The notes below the pieces were generated by a model. That model was not told where the DNA came from. It searched no databases and saw only the letters and a list, made by a program, of their open reading frames with translations. From assembly GCF_020745735.1 (NCBI RefSeq), contig NW_026867487.1, positions 3,968,001 to 4,032,000 of the forward strand: a stretch of DNA of 64,000 nt, in the 5' to 3' direction. Both the position numbers and the translations under genes were made by a program. Origin of the DNA: Hemiscyllium ocellatum (lineage: Eukaryota). Position 1 is the first letter of the stretch. The number at the start of each line of letters is the position of its first letter. Positions 12,646 through 25,650 of this stretch are shown here, in pieces.

Positions 12646-15100
12646 AACAAAGAACAAAGAACAAAGACAATCTGCAGCTCAGGAACAGGCCATTGGGCCC
12701 TCCAAGCCTCAGCTGATCCAAATTCACTGTCGAAACTTGTCGCCTACTTCCTAAGCATCTGTATCCCTCTGCTCCTCACCTACATGCATCTGTCCAAACG
12801 CTTCTTAGATGGATCTACCGTGCCTGCCTCTACTACTTCTGCAGGCAACGCGTTCCAGGCACCTATCACCCTCTGTGTCAAGTACTTACCCCCTTAAACA
12901 TTTCACCTCTCACTGTGAAAGTATGACCTATCTTTGATGCACCCTTCAACCTGGGAAAACGTTTATCGCTATCTACTCTGTCCCCAGCCTTCATGATTTT
13001 GTAGACCTCAATCAGGGCCACCCCTCAATCTCCTTTTTTCTAATGAAAACAATCCTAAACTCTCTTCATAGCTAGCACCTTCCATACTAGGCAGCATCCT
13101 AGTAAACCTTCTCTGCACCTTCTCCAAATTATCTACATACTTTTAGTAAAATGGCGACCAGAACTGTACACAGTAGTCCAAATGCGGCCGAACCAATGTC
13201 TTCCAGCTCTTTATAGTTAGTACCTCGTCCGATGAAGTCAAGCATACCATATGCCTTCCCGATAACTTTACCACCTGTGCAGCAACCTTCAGTGCACAAT
13301 GGACCTGAACTCCCACATCTCTCTGCTCATCAACTTTTCCCAAGGCTCTTCCGTTTACTGTATAATTCGCTTGAGAATTAGACTTCCCAAAATGCATCAC
13401 CCCACATTTGCCTGGATTGAACTCCCTCTACTACATCTCCGCCCTACACTCTAGTTTTCCTATATTCTCCTGTATTCTTTGAAAGTCAGCTATGCTTTTT
13501 ACTATTCCATCAATCTTCGTGTCAACTGCAAGCTTGCTGATATTAACAACAGTGCCCTCTTGCAGGTCACTTATGTATATCACAAACAACAGTGGCCCCA
13601 GTACTAATCCCTGTGGGACACCACAGGTCACCTTTCTCCATTTGGAGAAACTCCCTTCAACTACTACTCTCTGTCTCCTGTTGCTCAAACAGTTCTTCAT
13701 CCACCGAGCTAGAATACCCTGCACACCATGTGACTTTATTTTGTCCATTAGTTTGCCATGGAGAACCTTATCAAATGCCTTACTAAAGTCCAGGTACATG
13801 ACAGCTGCAGCCCTTCCGTCATCTATCAACTTGGTCACTTCCTTAAATAAGTCTACTAAGTTGGTAAGGCCCGATCTCCCCCGCACAGAGCCATGTTGCC
13901 TGTCACTGATGAGCCCATTATTTTCCAAATATAAAAAGATTGCATCACTCAGTACCTTCTCCAGCAACTTTCCCACCATTGACGTCAGGCTCACTGGTCT
14001 GTAGTTACCTGAAATATCCCTACTACACTTCTTATACAAGGGCACAACATAAACAACCCGCCAGTCCTCCAGCACCTCACCTGTGTTTAACGATGCTATA
14101 GAGGTTTCTGTCAGGGCCCCAGTTATTGCCTCTCTCGCCCCCAAATCAACCTGGGACAGATCCCATTCGGTCTTAAGGATTTGTCTAGCCTACCCAACAC
14201 ATCTTCCCTACTTATGTCAACGGGATCCAGAGTAATCAAACTTATATGTCTAATCTCAACAATCAACATGTCCCTCTCCTCAGTGAACACTGATGCAAAG
14301 TAAGCATTCAGAATCTCACCCATTTTCTTAGGTTCGAAAAACGGCTTTTCTTCCTTATCCTTAGTGGACCAATCCTTTCTCTAGTAACCAACATGCTTTG
14401 TATGTAATAATAAACAGCTTTGGGATTCTCCTTAAATTTGCTCGCTAAAGCGATTTCATGATCCCTTTTAGCCCCCGTGATTCCTCCTTTAAGACTGGCC
14501 CTACTCTCCCAATATTCCTCCAGGGCCCGTTCTGTTCTTAGTTGCCTAGACCTTATACATGCTTCCCTTTTCCTGTTACCTAGTTTTACGATTTCTCCTG
14601 TCATCCATTTTTCACGAATCTGGCCTTTTGTATCGTTTGCTTTCAACGGGACATGCCTATCCTGCACTATCTTTAATCTATCTTTGAAAGCCTCCCACAT
14701 ATCGCATGTGGACTTCCCTTCAAATAGATGTGTCCAATCGACATTTCCCAACTCCTTCCTAATTTTGATATAATTGGCCTTGACCAAGTTTAGTACTCTT
14801 CCCTTAATACCACTCTCATCTTTGTCTCCGAGTATTCTAACACTTACAGAATTGTCGTCAGCGTTCCCAAAGAAATCCACCACCACAACTCCTCCCACTT
14901 GACATGGCTCATTTCAAACAGTAGGTTTATTATGGTCTCTTCCCTCATCGCACTATTGACATACTGCTCTAGAAAACTCTCCTGGAAGTTCCATCCAGAT
15001 GTGTGACATGAAGTGTATCCCAGTCAATGTTGGGAAAATTAACATCTCGCATCACCACCATCCTATTGCCTCTACATTTTTCCATAACCTGTTTACCTAT
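12645..15100 (-). mobile_element. 5'-truncated CR1-like LINE (APE endonuclease C-half plus reverse transcriptase), disrupted
   Basis: ORF 13431-14144 has the RT motifs GNYRPVSLTS, YLDFSKAFDKV and GVPQGLVLGPLLF, with the YADD equivalent altered. ORF 14308-14898 is the endonuclease/linker region. The 3' tail (GAACAAA)n lies at about 12645-12667. Confidence 0.95.
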
Positions 15101-15124
15101 TGGTTGTTTTGTGCTAATACGACC

Positions 15125-15960
15125 CAAGTATCACCGCTGTTAGTTTCCCATGTAAGAACTGTGTTGCAAAAGAATTTTGTAGTTATTTGTAAATCTCTAC
15201 AGATTTTGACGATTCCCTTTTAAAACGGGATTATATAGTATTCTCTAAGATTCAATCCTCTCTAAATAGGAATGGACAGAAACTGGGTCCTGAAATCATG
15301 ATATCATATACCACTTGGTGCGTATTGTGTGCTATTATACTGCATAACGGTGAAATATGGTGCATTGATTGAGCTTATATCAACAGTAAAATGAATATTA
15401 CATTCAAAGTTTTCGTTTATGCCTTCTTAAACATTTATTTTACACATGCCTATAACAAAGGTTTGCGAGATTACGTCATTATGGGTTGTGTCTACGGTTT
15501 TCTGAACAGTCACGTTATGCTTTTGATTATTGAATAGTGTAACATTGAAACATGTTGCAATGTATGAAATTGCATTTCCTAGCAGAGATCTCTTTATGTT
15601 ATGGTATAGAGGATAAGTCTTGAAAATGCTGTATCATGGAGAAGGATGAAGGAGCCAGTTGAACTACTCTAGCTTTTATTGCCTCTGTATTAGAGATTGA
15701 ATGTCTGCAGCACAATAATCGCATTGGATACCATATCATACACAATATATGGCAGTGAATCTAGAAATTTGTGATGCGAACTCGAAAATTATATAATTGT
15801 TGTAGAGTCTTATGTTGCTTTTGGGCAGTCTAATGTCTTAATAATTAATTAAAGACACGTTTCTTGAAGATGAGTGAGGATGATAATAGATTTCCCTCAC
15901 TTAACAAATTGTCCAATAATATTGACTTTTGTGTATTTGGCAGTTGACTTCTATAAATTC
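15125..15960 (+). repeat. Segmental duplicate copy A, right part (paralog of about 37535-38330)
   Basis: tatcaccgctgttagtttccca (15129) matches tatcactgctgttggtttccca (37538). gaatgtctgcagcacaataatcgc (about 15700) matches gaatgactgcagcacaataatcgc (about 38078). Confidence 0.85.
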
Positions 15961-16720
15961 TGATGCTGTAGCTTTTTTTGTACTTACAACCTCCTGCCTG
16001 TCTATATTGCAATAATCTGATGGATTAATTCCAGAGGCACGATCTATTGTGCAAAGTGGACACATTCTACTTCACTGAAAATCGAGTTCCAGACCCATGT
16101 TATTTAAGGAGAGGCACATTAAACTGGAGGAATAGACTGACACGGTATCATGTATGAATAACACAAAAGGAACATCTTCCTCAATGACAAATAAATAATT
16201 CATAAAACATTCACAATTAATAAAAGCATTGAAAATGATGTTCAGTCAAGCTGACAAACAAACAGTGACAAACATAAGAGCCCAAAGTATTTTCCAATCA
16301 TTTGTGGCCAATATTTAATGACATTCAGTCCTAAAATGCTCCAACGAACCAATTTTACTGGAGACTTTGTTCATATTCTTCTTCACATTCGACGCTGTAT
16401 TTGGAGAATGAATTGCAATGATTCTCTGAGCTCAAGTCATACTTATAGTCCTGCAACTTACATATAAGTCTGTACCTCCATGCACAATCATATGAAATGA
16501 CCTGTCAAGAAAACATTAGTCAGATTTTCCAAGGAGAACCAATATCACACATCTTGCCACTTCGACCATATTTTTCTGATATAAAGGATTGTACTTTGTT
16601 AAGTTTACAAATGAGACAAACATTTTGGAAACGCAAGTGCTGAAGTTGCACAAGGAGTCTGCAAGAGAAAAATATAAAGTGCTCAACGGGCTGACATTAC
16701 AACGTCCTCTAATGTGATAT

Positions 16721-16995
16721 CAGATTAGATTAGATTACTCACAGAGTGGAAACAGGCCCTTCGGCCCAGCAAGTCCACACCGACCCTCCGAAGCGCAACC
16801 CACCCATACATTTGCCCCTTACCTAACACTACGGGCAATTTAGCACAGCCAATTCACCTGACCCGCACATCTTTGGACTGTGGGAGGAAACCGGAGCATC
16901 CGGAGGAAACCCACGCAAACACGGGGAGAACATGCAAACTCCACACAGTCACTCGCCTGAGGCGGGAATTGAACCCGGGTCTCTGGCGTTGTGAG
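16721..16995 (-). mobile_element. tRNA-derived shark SINE (HE1-like) with LINE-derived tail, 5'-truncated
   Basis: The minus strand has the B-box GGTTCAATTC, the core GTCTGTGTGGAGTTTGCATGTTCTCCCCGTG-like sequence, and a (TAATC)n tail. Confidence 0.9.
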
Positions 16996-17169
16996 GGGAA
17001 CTTTGCTCTTCAAGAAAATGAACAACTGAGTCGTTGGGATGATATCGAATAATTCTCTTTTATGGAACGTTTTTGAGACAATTAGATTATGTAGTTATGA
17101 ATTACATTAAATGTGAATGATGTTCAAGAAAAGTCCATTTTACTTCCTTCACGGTTGTTTAGTAGTTTA

Positions 17170-18006
17170 TGTCATTAAGTCAGACATCTGCCAGGGTAGT
17201 TACTGTGTTTGTGGTCGCCACAAATAGAGAAATGCTTTCTTCAAGTCTAACAGAGCCGGCTTCTTGTCCAAGTTACGGATGTGGTAAAACAGTTGTCTGA
17301 ACGAATTTATTTTCCCCTGTTTCTTCCAAAAAAAAGAGATCTTGAACGAAAGATTCCGAACATTCTGCGTGAACATGAACAACTTTTGAGATTTTCTTTA
17401 ACGAAGTTTGATAAATGAAGCAGCCTGGATGGGTGTGGCCAGTTGTTACAGACCAGGATTTCTAGGTTTGTTTTAATCAGTGTTTAACGTTTAACATTAA
17501 GTAGCTTTTCGAGCCTCAACAGCATTGAACTTTGCAGAGAATGTCTCCTCGCTGCTACACACTTCTCTCTGGACTCTCTCTTGAGTCTTTGCTTGACATT
17601 CTCTCTCTGTCTCTCTCTCTCTCTGTTTCTGTCTCTCTCTCTCTGTCTCTCTGTCTCTCTCTCTCTCTGTCTCTCACTCTCGATCAGCTGCTGGATGGAT
17701 GCGAGGCAATCTGTTTCTGACTTTGTTCATGTGATGTTGCTATATTCAAACAGTTAATCAGTAATAGTTATTAAACCTATTGTTTTGTTAAGTTTTTTTG
17801 GGGGGTTACGTTATTTCATGTTTTGTACTCTTTTGTTATATTTTAACTGTAGTATTGGGATAGGTAGTGCTTTGCTTAATGTAGAACATTTTGAACAGTC
17901 TTATTGCACCTGGAACAGCACTGCACATGTGCACTTAACATAAGAAAAGCCAAGGTCTAGACTACCTTCTTCAAAGATTTTTAGAGTATCTGGTGTGTTC
18001 AATAAC
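17170..18006. mobile_element. Possible solo LTR-like element containing a (CT)n tract at about 17600-17680
   Basis: Has a CT-rich middle and a T-rich distal part, and ends ...gtgttcaataaca. The organisation resembles the element at 63720-64000. I did not confirm a TSD or the boundaries. Confidence 0.35.
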
Positions 18007-18822
18007 ATGGAATAAGCAGTGTTTTCATATTACCTTTCTGTTCCAAGCCGTCAAACTGACATCTCCTTGTACTGTCTGTCAGGTCACTCCATCTCCAGTT
18101 CACATGTTCTACAGCGTACACAGATTTACTCTGCTCTCTAATGGTGCTTTCTGAAAGTTGCAAGCAAGTTTTCGAACCAAGAACTGACTTCAGTAAATTG
18201 TGCTCAATGGAAACATAACCTTAACCTCCTATGCGGTATAAAATTATTTTCCATGAAAGCTTCCGTTTTCCCTTCACCTGCATTTCCCAACGGCGTCAGG
18301 GTGTTTTCCTCACGCATTCTAACCAGACCTTTGTTAAACTGTCTGATCATACCTGATTTATGAAGGTAGCTGCCTCAACACTGAGACAAAAATCTTCGTC
18401 TGTGACATGAAAACTCGTGTTTCCTCAGCTGGCTGTGAGATGGGCATTTATTTCCATTGTGTACATGATTCCAACTGGAAACACAACAGGAGTAACAGTT
18501 TATTTTATAAACCTGAGTGGGAGTCTACCCGACATTGTTCTTTCTGACTCATACACACAAGAACACATAGCTTCTGAAATCTTCCTCTCCTGGAAAACGT
18601 CATGTGTTCATTTTGCTGGTGCTTTGAAAAAGTCTGGCAAGTTGCTTTAGAAGTGAATGCGGGAGATAGGATGCAAGTTGAAAGGGAGCAGGCTACTTGC
18701 AAAACATTACGTTTGTGGTTGCCAATGCTTATCTATGACTGCCTGTCTGATTTTTTTGTTTGTTTATGCTCTGTAAATGCGTCTAGTGTGTGCTTTGTTC
18801 TCTACGTTTATATGCATTTGAC

Positions 18823-18971
18823 NNNNNNNNNNNNNNNNNNNNNNNNNNNNNNNNNNNNNNNNNNNNNNNNNNNNNNNNNNNNNNNNNNNNNNNNNNNNNN
18901 NNNNNNNNNNNNNNNNNNNNNNNNNNNNNNNNNNNNNNNNNNNNNNNNNNNNNNNNNNNNNNNNNNNNNNN
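18823..18971. other. Assembly gap (N run)
   Basis: 149 consecutive N. Confidence 1.
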
Positions 18972-21027
18972 GTTTGTAAGTTTGTGTGTGTTCATCTCTG
19001 TGCACAATGGGAGATTCGCCCGGGTTAATGTTAAAAGAATTGCAATATCAGAGCCTCTCTACTTGATGCTGTTTTCTGATCTAAATTATATATTGCTACA
19101 ATCTGCAGACGAATCGAACCAACTGCACAAGTCGTCAATATTTAAGAAGGAATCACATTTTTATAGAGTTCACAATTTTGAATTTTTTTTCAAGGTTTAC
19201 TGAAACCTGATTGAACGCATATTTATCGATCTAATTGAGAGGTTATGGAAAATATCTCTCAGAAATATGTCTTTGGAATTCACTTCAAATTGCAATGGTC
19301 TCTACTTGAGGTAAGACTTCCACTAATTCTGAATGACTTCATAGTAAATGAGGCCTAAACATTTCTAAACATTTTTCGTGTCTACGTATAATTATATCCC
19401 AGCTATTGGATCATTTTTGAAGCAGCATCGTCATTGTTTATGAAATCGGGAATATGATGTCGGCGTCAGAGGTAAACGTACAAATAACGAGGCAGAGTGA
19501 CATCTTCCATGTGTTATGAACTTGAAGGCGTGCACTCTGTCTTCAAGAAAGACTGAATGCTGTTCCACAACGAGGGATTGCAGGAGCAGTCTCAGAGTGC
19601 ACTGCAAATTTTAAATATGTAACACTTGGTTGTGAATTAGATACCTGAGTTAGTTGCTGTTTTGACAACAGGTCAAATTTATCCAATCAGTTTCCGTTTT
19701 GCCTCAGGACAACAAAACTAGACGGAATTTGAGTTTATTGTTTTCCGATCTAATCAATGAAACGATCCAAAGTTGGGGATGTAAAAGAAAATCAGAGAGA
19801 GCAACTGCCGCTGAAAGAGATTCAAGACGTTGATGCACCCTTTGTCAAAGGTACCCTTTCATATGAACCATATTCGCAGTAAAAATAAAGAGGTCTGAAA
19901 GAAATCTTCAGTCAGATAAAGAAAGTCTCCAAGACGATTGGCACTGCATGGTTTTGAAATTAAGTTGATGCAATTTGTAAATGTGTGGAGTTGGAACAGT
20001 ATACCGTTATATATTTGGAGGCATGCAATAAGCAATTAAAATAAAGAAGGGCTTTGAGTCGTCAATAGTTGCCGTTTAATATTCAGATGTAGAGTTAAAG
20101 AATAAACTGATGTTATTTTCTTGGAGTAGTGGAATTTGGGGAGTTCTCTCTCACTCATATTTTAACGGATTACAAAGCGAGGTGCGCTTTGCTGAGTGTT
20201 TGGTATATTTAGCAGCAGATTCACCGCCGTATCGAAACACATGACAGAATATAAATTAAATATTTATTTTCTAAGTGAAGCTGGATGAGTGGGTTGCATG
20301 CTCAGCTGTGGAGCTATCCCCAAATGTTGAATTTTGCAAAATCCCCGTTTACCTGCTCCTTAGACCCAAATTAATAGAAAGCATGGATCAAGTTTCTGTA
20401 TTTAGCATGAATATATATTTATTGCAAATAAGTATTTTCAAGTGCAATGAAATAATTATGAACGACGATATGACATGATCGGTGAAATTCTAATTACCAT
20501 GACACATTGACACCGTGTTATTCTTGGGTGGAGATAAACGAGGCACACGAATTTAAAACTCCATCTCATGGGTGGCAGGAAAGACTGAGCTGGAATCCCA
20601 ATGCGCCTGTTCACAGATTTAGGCTTGCATGACTTGTTGTTTCTTGATATCTCTTCTCCAGGTATTTTTATTCACTTCAGACATCGGGAAGTGACTGATT
20701 CACATTGACCACCTCTGTAATCTCCACAATAACTACGTGTGTGAGTCTGTGCTATTTTCCACTGCTGTCCTTACTCTGACTTAAATCCTGATTATTTTCA
20801 CACTCTGCCTGTGCAGTGCTGTCGAGCAGAACGTATCGTATTTGTCACAACAGAAATGGACAGAAAGGCTTATATCAACCAGATCTGCAAAGACGAAGTT
20901 GTTGTGGAGGTTGCTTATTGAATATCTGCACTAGTCAATGTGCTGGGGTACCCACATCATTTTCAAAATGCCAGATCCAGGGCCTGGACCACGTGATGTT
21001 GAAGTAACGTGATATTGCTCAGCGCTT

Positions 21028-21035
21028 TGACGTCA
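21028..21035 (+). promoter_or_regulatory. Perfect CRE palindrome upstream of a V leader
   Basis: TGACGTCA lies about 130 bp upstream of the leader at 21162. CRE/ATF elements are established components of TCR V promoters. Confidence 0.5.
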
Positions 21036-21161
21036 TGAGCTGAGGAAGAATGAGGCTGCCAGGTGACTTGGCGTTTCACATGGTAACGCTATCAGAAATG
21101 TACCAATCGGATTTGATGTTTCACATCTCTCAGCAAAAAAAAATCAGCATCCGCTTTGCAA

Positions 21162-21657
21162 ACGCTTAGGCATTTATTATTTACTCTCTTGATACTTCTG
21201 CAACTTTCTTTACTGGTAAGTTCGTGAGTTTTAAAATATTAGCAGCGTGGTAATGTGGCTATAGGAATCGTTTCTTTGGCTGTCTTCACTGTATTATAAT
21301 CTAAGCTTTAACTTGGTAACATTGATTGTAATGGTCATTTTCATGTAATTTCCCTTTATTTTTCTGTAGGCATTAATTGTGCAGCCTTGGTCCAACAGCC
21401 ACTAAATAAAACGATACAATTTTAAGGAAATTGAGTGATTATTAATTTCAGATATTCGAACAAACGCAATGCACATGTTTTTGATATTCAAGATCTATAT
21501 CTCTAATAGTGGGAATACTGTCAGGGCAAATGGCTTTCGAGATCGATTTTTCTGCATCTCTGGATCCTTTGAAAATGAGGGGAACTTCTCCATCAGGGTG
21601 TTAATGCGGGATAACAGACACAGTGACAGGAACCAAAGGGAGCCACATTCAAAAGCA
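21162..21657 (+). pseudogene. TCR alpha/delta-type V pseudogene (leader about 21162-21215, exon from 21370, 23-RSS 21619-21657)
   Basis: Leader with ATG->ACG (LRHLLFTLL...) and a gtaagt donor; acceptor tttctgtag|. Exon GINCAALVQQPLNKTIQF*GN*VIINF(C23->F)RYS...YISNSGNTVRANGFRDRF has stops and deletions and lacks YYC. RSS is CACAGTG-23-TCAAAAGCA. Confidence 0.85.
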
Positions 21658-21828
21658 CTTTTAGTGAAATGCTGGGAAGGTGAAGAGTGATGACTGCAGA
21701 TACATTCGGCCTTTTGAAATCAATTCTTCAAAAACTCTCATTTCAAATGTATCCAAATATTTAACAATAGCGAGTAAGAGATGCATCTTTGTGGATGGTT
21801 TCCTTGTGCTCCATCTCCTCTTACCTCA

Positions 21829-22135
21829 GGGTGGCATAGTGGCTCATTATATAGCACTGCTGCTTTATAGCGCCAGGGATTCTGGTTCGCTTCTAGCCTT
21901 GCATTATTTTCTGTATAAAGATTGCACGTGTTCTGGTTTCCTCCCACAAGCCGAAGATATGCAGGTTAGGTGAATTGGCCATGGTAATTTTCCTAAAGTG
22001 TTCAGGGATTTGTGCATTAGCTGGTTAAATGTAGGGTAATAGGGGAGGGGCTTGGGTCTGAATGGCATACTCTTTGGAGAGTTGGTGTGGGCTTGTTGGG
22101 CCAAACGTTCTGCTTCACACTGTCGGGGTTCAATG
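21829..22135 (+). mobile_element. tRNA-derived shark SINE (HE1-like), degenerate
   Basis: GGGTGGCATAGTGGCTCA A-box, GGTTCGCTTC B-box-like, and core GGTTTCCTCCCACA...GCAGGTTAGGTGAATTGGCCATG. Confidence 0.85.
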
Positions 22136-22671
22136 TTTTATATTTGACAAATTCTGAACATTAGTCGAAATACGTGATTACGAAATTCCTACTAGTTGAT
22201 AAGTTAAAACTTTGGTGACAGAATAGTTCCCTAAATGTCTGACATTTGGCAGTTTACCAGTTGTACATTAATATTTAACTGCAACACGGAATGTTTCACA
22301 GAAAAGTAAAATGAATTATTTTTATTTGCACTTAATGTAATCTGATGAGTTCAGATTTCTAAAAGTACTTCTAATATTCAATTGCAGAAATATTGGTTAT
22401 CCAATCAAGCTTTTATTTCAGTTAGCTTTCTGTCCACTGAAATCTGTCCTTTCAGATGATTGCTAATGACATCACTGTTCACAATCTTACCAACGTATCA
22501 TGAAAAGATCCACTTTTCACTTTATTATATTGTAGACTCTTAGTTTTTGTATGGGTATCTTCAACACGGAGAAGGGTTCAGTCCGTTGACTGAAATTGCA
22601 CGGGATTTCCTCACCTGGCAGCTGTTGCATTCTGGGGTTTCACTTCGAAAATTATCTGTTCTTTTTCTTTT

Positions 22672-23108
22672 CTTGTTCTCCCTCCGTCTGTGTGAGGTAG
22701 GGCTCCGTTGTGTGACAGAATCTCCATCGCTCTGATCTGGAATACAATGTCAAGGAACGCGGAAATCAGCAATGAAATGTTTGAATAAGCTGCACTGAAG
22801 ATGGAATTTCTCAGTGTTACTAAAAAATAAATAGAGTTCAGAGTTACAGAAAGTCCATTTGGCATATCTGGCTCATGTCCATGTATCTAAAAACTGCAAG
22901 CACCCTGCTTTTTCTTCCCCCTCATTGTATTTGTTAATCTCTCCAACCATTTCTATTTCCACTATTTATCCACTTTCCCTCAAATGCATCCTTCATGTAC
23001 TCTCAAATATTACTTCTGTAATAACAGCCAGATGCTATACAAGCTGCACCTTGTATAGAAATTTCTTTTGAAATCTGTTTTGGATGCTTTTGTGTCACTT
23101 AATGTGTT
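22672..23108 (-). pseudogene. Partial tandem duplicate of the 5' V exon and intron of the neighbouring intact V
   Basis: High-identity copy of about 23675-24118. It includes the acceptor ttccag|ATCAGAGCGATGGAGATTCTGTCACACAAC, carries a 1-nt deletion (caacggagccc versus caacgggagccc), and stops after ...GGAGAACAAG. No leader and no RSS. Confidence 0.9.
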
Positions 23109-23397
23109 TTTCTGTTCCTCGATATTGTTAGTACCAAGCCGTTAGCAGAGTTTATACTCTCATTGAATATGAATGAGATGTTTCCAGAAAATGTCAAATA
23201 AACAGCAATCATTCTATTCCTGACATGGTGAAAGCAGCCATCAGAATTAGTACTTGCTGAGAGCCATTTTAAACGGTCTTTTGTCTGGATTGTCCTACAT
23301 GACTTTTCACTGACTGCAATGCATCAAAGGTCCAGTGTGTGACTCATTAAAAAAACAGTGTTTAAGATGCCGCATCTGTGACCCAGAAACCTGTGAC

Positions 23398-23436
23398 AGT
23401 TATTGTATGAGGCTTCAGCTCGTTCCCATCACTGTG
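23398..23436 (-). other. 23-bp-spacer recombination signal sequence
   Basis: CACAGTG (23436-23430), 23-nt spacer ATGGGAACGAGCTGAAGCCTCAT, nonamer ACAATAACT (23406-23398). Confidence 0.95.
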
Positions 23437-24533
23437 AGTCTCATTACACAGTAATATATCGCGGTGTCAGACAGAACGACGTCCGAGATGGTCAATTGGT
23501 ACAACTTGTCTATGTTTTGGAGGGCAGCAGAAAACCGAATCTGAGCAAAATCAGCCTTCGTTTCAGCATCACTACTCGTGTAACTCCAGATGATAAACTC
23601 GGGCTGTCTGCCTGGATACTGACGGTACCAGAACACGGAATAAGGGTTTCCATTGTAGGTGCAGTTTAAAGTGACTTGTTCTCCCTCGGTCTGTGTGAGG
23701 TAGGGCTCCCGTTGTGTGACGGAATCTCCATCGCTCAGATCTGGAATACAATGTCAAGGAACGCGGAAATCAGCAATGAAATGTTTGAATAAGCTGAACT
23801 GAGGATGGAATTTCACAGTGTTACCAAAAAGTAGATAGAATTCAGAGTTAGAAAAAATCCATTTGGCATATCTGGCTCATGTCCATGTAACTAATAAGCT
23901 ACAAGCACGCTGCTTTTTCTTCCCTCTCATTGTATTTGTTAATCTCTCCAACCATTTCTATTTCCACTCTTTGTCCACTTTCCCTAAAATACATCCTTAA
24001 TGTACTTTCAATCTTACTTTTTGTAATAACAGCCAGATGCTATACAAGCTGCACCTTGTATAAAAATTTCTTTTGAAATCCGTTATGGATCTTTTTGTGT
24101 CGCTAAATTTGTGTTTTTTTTCATATAAATGTATAGATGTGGAGGCTTTCTCAAGTACAATATTTCCATCTGTGTCCTGAACCTAAGATCTTCACATCAC
24201 TGATAAGACGTCAATCTGTTTACCCTATAGTCTTGTGGCTCGTGGTAAATGGAACACAAGCTTGTCTGTTGTTTTCTGACAGTGAATTTCTCGAAATTCT
24301 AGCATCATCCACACAAATCGTTTTCCAGGTGTGTTTGTGTATCTTATGTCTACAGATAATTAAGATACCAGCAGTGCACGTTCAAGTATGCTTTAATCTT
24401 GTTCAGATACTTATCGACGGCGATCACTCTGCTTCAAAAATGCATGCATCCAGGGATTAAATCCGCTTTTAAAAGTTCAATTCTTACCAACAAAGCATGT
24501 TATCCACACCAGAGACAGGACGGAGAGCCACAT
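23437..24533 (-). CDS. Apparently functional TCR alpha/delta V segment: join(24533-24488, 23740-23437)
   Basis: 46-nt leader MWLSVLSLVWITCFV G|gtaaga, 747-bp intron, then ccag|DLSDGDSVTQREPYLTQTEGEQVTLNCTYNGNPYSVFWYRQYPGRQPEFIIWSYTSSDAETKADFAQIRFSAALQNIDKLYQLTISDVVLSDTAIYYCVMR. C23, W41 and C104 are intact, with no stops and a canonical RSS. Confidence 0.95.
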
Positions 24534-24623
24534 CGCTGCTGCTCCTGATGCTGGCGATGTTTCAATACCTCACAACATTACAGAGGAACAGACAAGTTAA
24601 AAACTGACAGCATTTGCTGTGTT

Positions 24624-24642
24624 CACGTGATGTCACTTCCTG
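24624..24642 (-). promoter_or_regulatory. Candidate V promoter module: ETS core, CRE-like site and E-box
   Basis: Minus-strand CAGGAAGTGACATCACGTG lies about 90-110 bp upstream of the ATG at 24533. Confidence 0.6.
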
Positions 24643-24749
24643 AAGATTATGCGATAGGATGATTCGAGTCTAATGGTCTGATGATGTCGACAGCAATACT
24701 TCTATGTCTCTGTCAGGGAACAGAAGCATTAATGTAACATTGTAATGAG

Positions 24750-25650
24750 TAAAAAATGAGGTCTGCAGATGCTGGAGATCACAGCTGCAAATGTGTTGCT
24801 GGTCAAAGCACAGCAGGTTAGGCAGCATCTCAGGAATAGAGAATTCGACGTTTCGAGCATAAGCCCTTCATCAGGAATAAGAGAGAGAGAGCCAAGCCGG
24901 CTGAGATAAAAGGTAGGGAGGAGGGACTAGGGGGAGGGGCGATGGAGGTGGGATAGGTGGAAGGAGGTCAAGGTGAGGGTGATAGGCCGGAGTGGGGTGG
25001 GGGCGGAGAGGTCAGGAAGAGGATTGCAGGTTAGGAGGGCGGTGCTGAGTTGAGGGAACCGACTGAGACAAGGTGGGGGGAGGGGAAATGAGGAAGCTGG
25101 AGAAATCTGAATTCATACCTTGTGGTTGGAGGGTTCCCAGGCAGAAGATGAGGCGCTCCTCCTCCAGCCGTCGTGTAGTTGTGTTCTGCCGGTGGAGGAG
25201 TCCAAGGACCTGCATGTCCTCGGTGGAGTGGGAGGGGGAGTTAAAGTGTTGAGCCACGGGGTGATTGGGTTGGTTGGTTCGGGCGGCCCAGAGGTGTTCT
25301 CTGAAGCGTTCCGCAAGTAAGCGGCCTGTCTCACCAATATAGAGGAGGCCACATCGGGTGCAGCGGATGCAATAGATGATGTGTGTGGAGGTACAGGTGA
25401 ACTTGTGGCGGATATGGAAGGATCCCTTGGGGCCTTGGAGGGAAGTGAGTGTGGAGGTGTGGGCGCAAGTTTTACATTTCCTGCGGTTGCAGGGGAAGGT
25501 GCCGGGGGTGGAGGTTGGGTTGGTGGGGGGTGTGGATCTGACAAGGGAGTCACGAAGGGAGTGGTCCTTGCGGAACGCTGATAGGGGAGGGGAGGGAAAT
25601 ATATCCTTGGTGGTGGGGTCCGTTTGGAGGTGGCGGAAATGGCGGCGGAT
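24750..25650 (-). mobile_element. Penelope-like retroelement 3' fragment (GIY-YIG endonuclease), young
   Basis: The minus strand reads FTCTSTHIIYCIRCTRCGLLYIGETGRLLAERFREHLWAARTNQPNHPVAQHFNSPSHSTEDMQVLGLLHRQNTTTRRLEEERLIFCLGTLQPQGMNSDFS. Confidence 0.95.

Noticed and set aside
16020-16095. IYCAKW followed by CACATTC-23-AGACCCATG, resembling an IgH V end
   Set aside because: No upstream V framework is recognisable and the nonamer is poor.
18083-18605. V-like scraps (GHSISS..., DIVLSDS followed by CACATAG)
   Set aside because: The span is too long for one V exon, C/W/C landmarks are missing and the nonamer is weak; not supportable.
18602-19203. ORFs spanning the N run (likewise 61502-62113)
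   Set aside because: Artefacts of translating assembly gaps.
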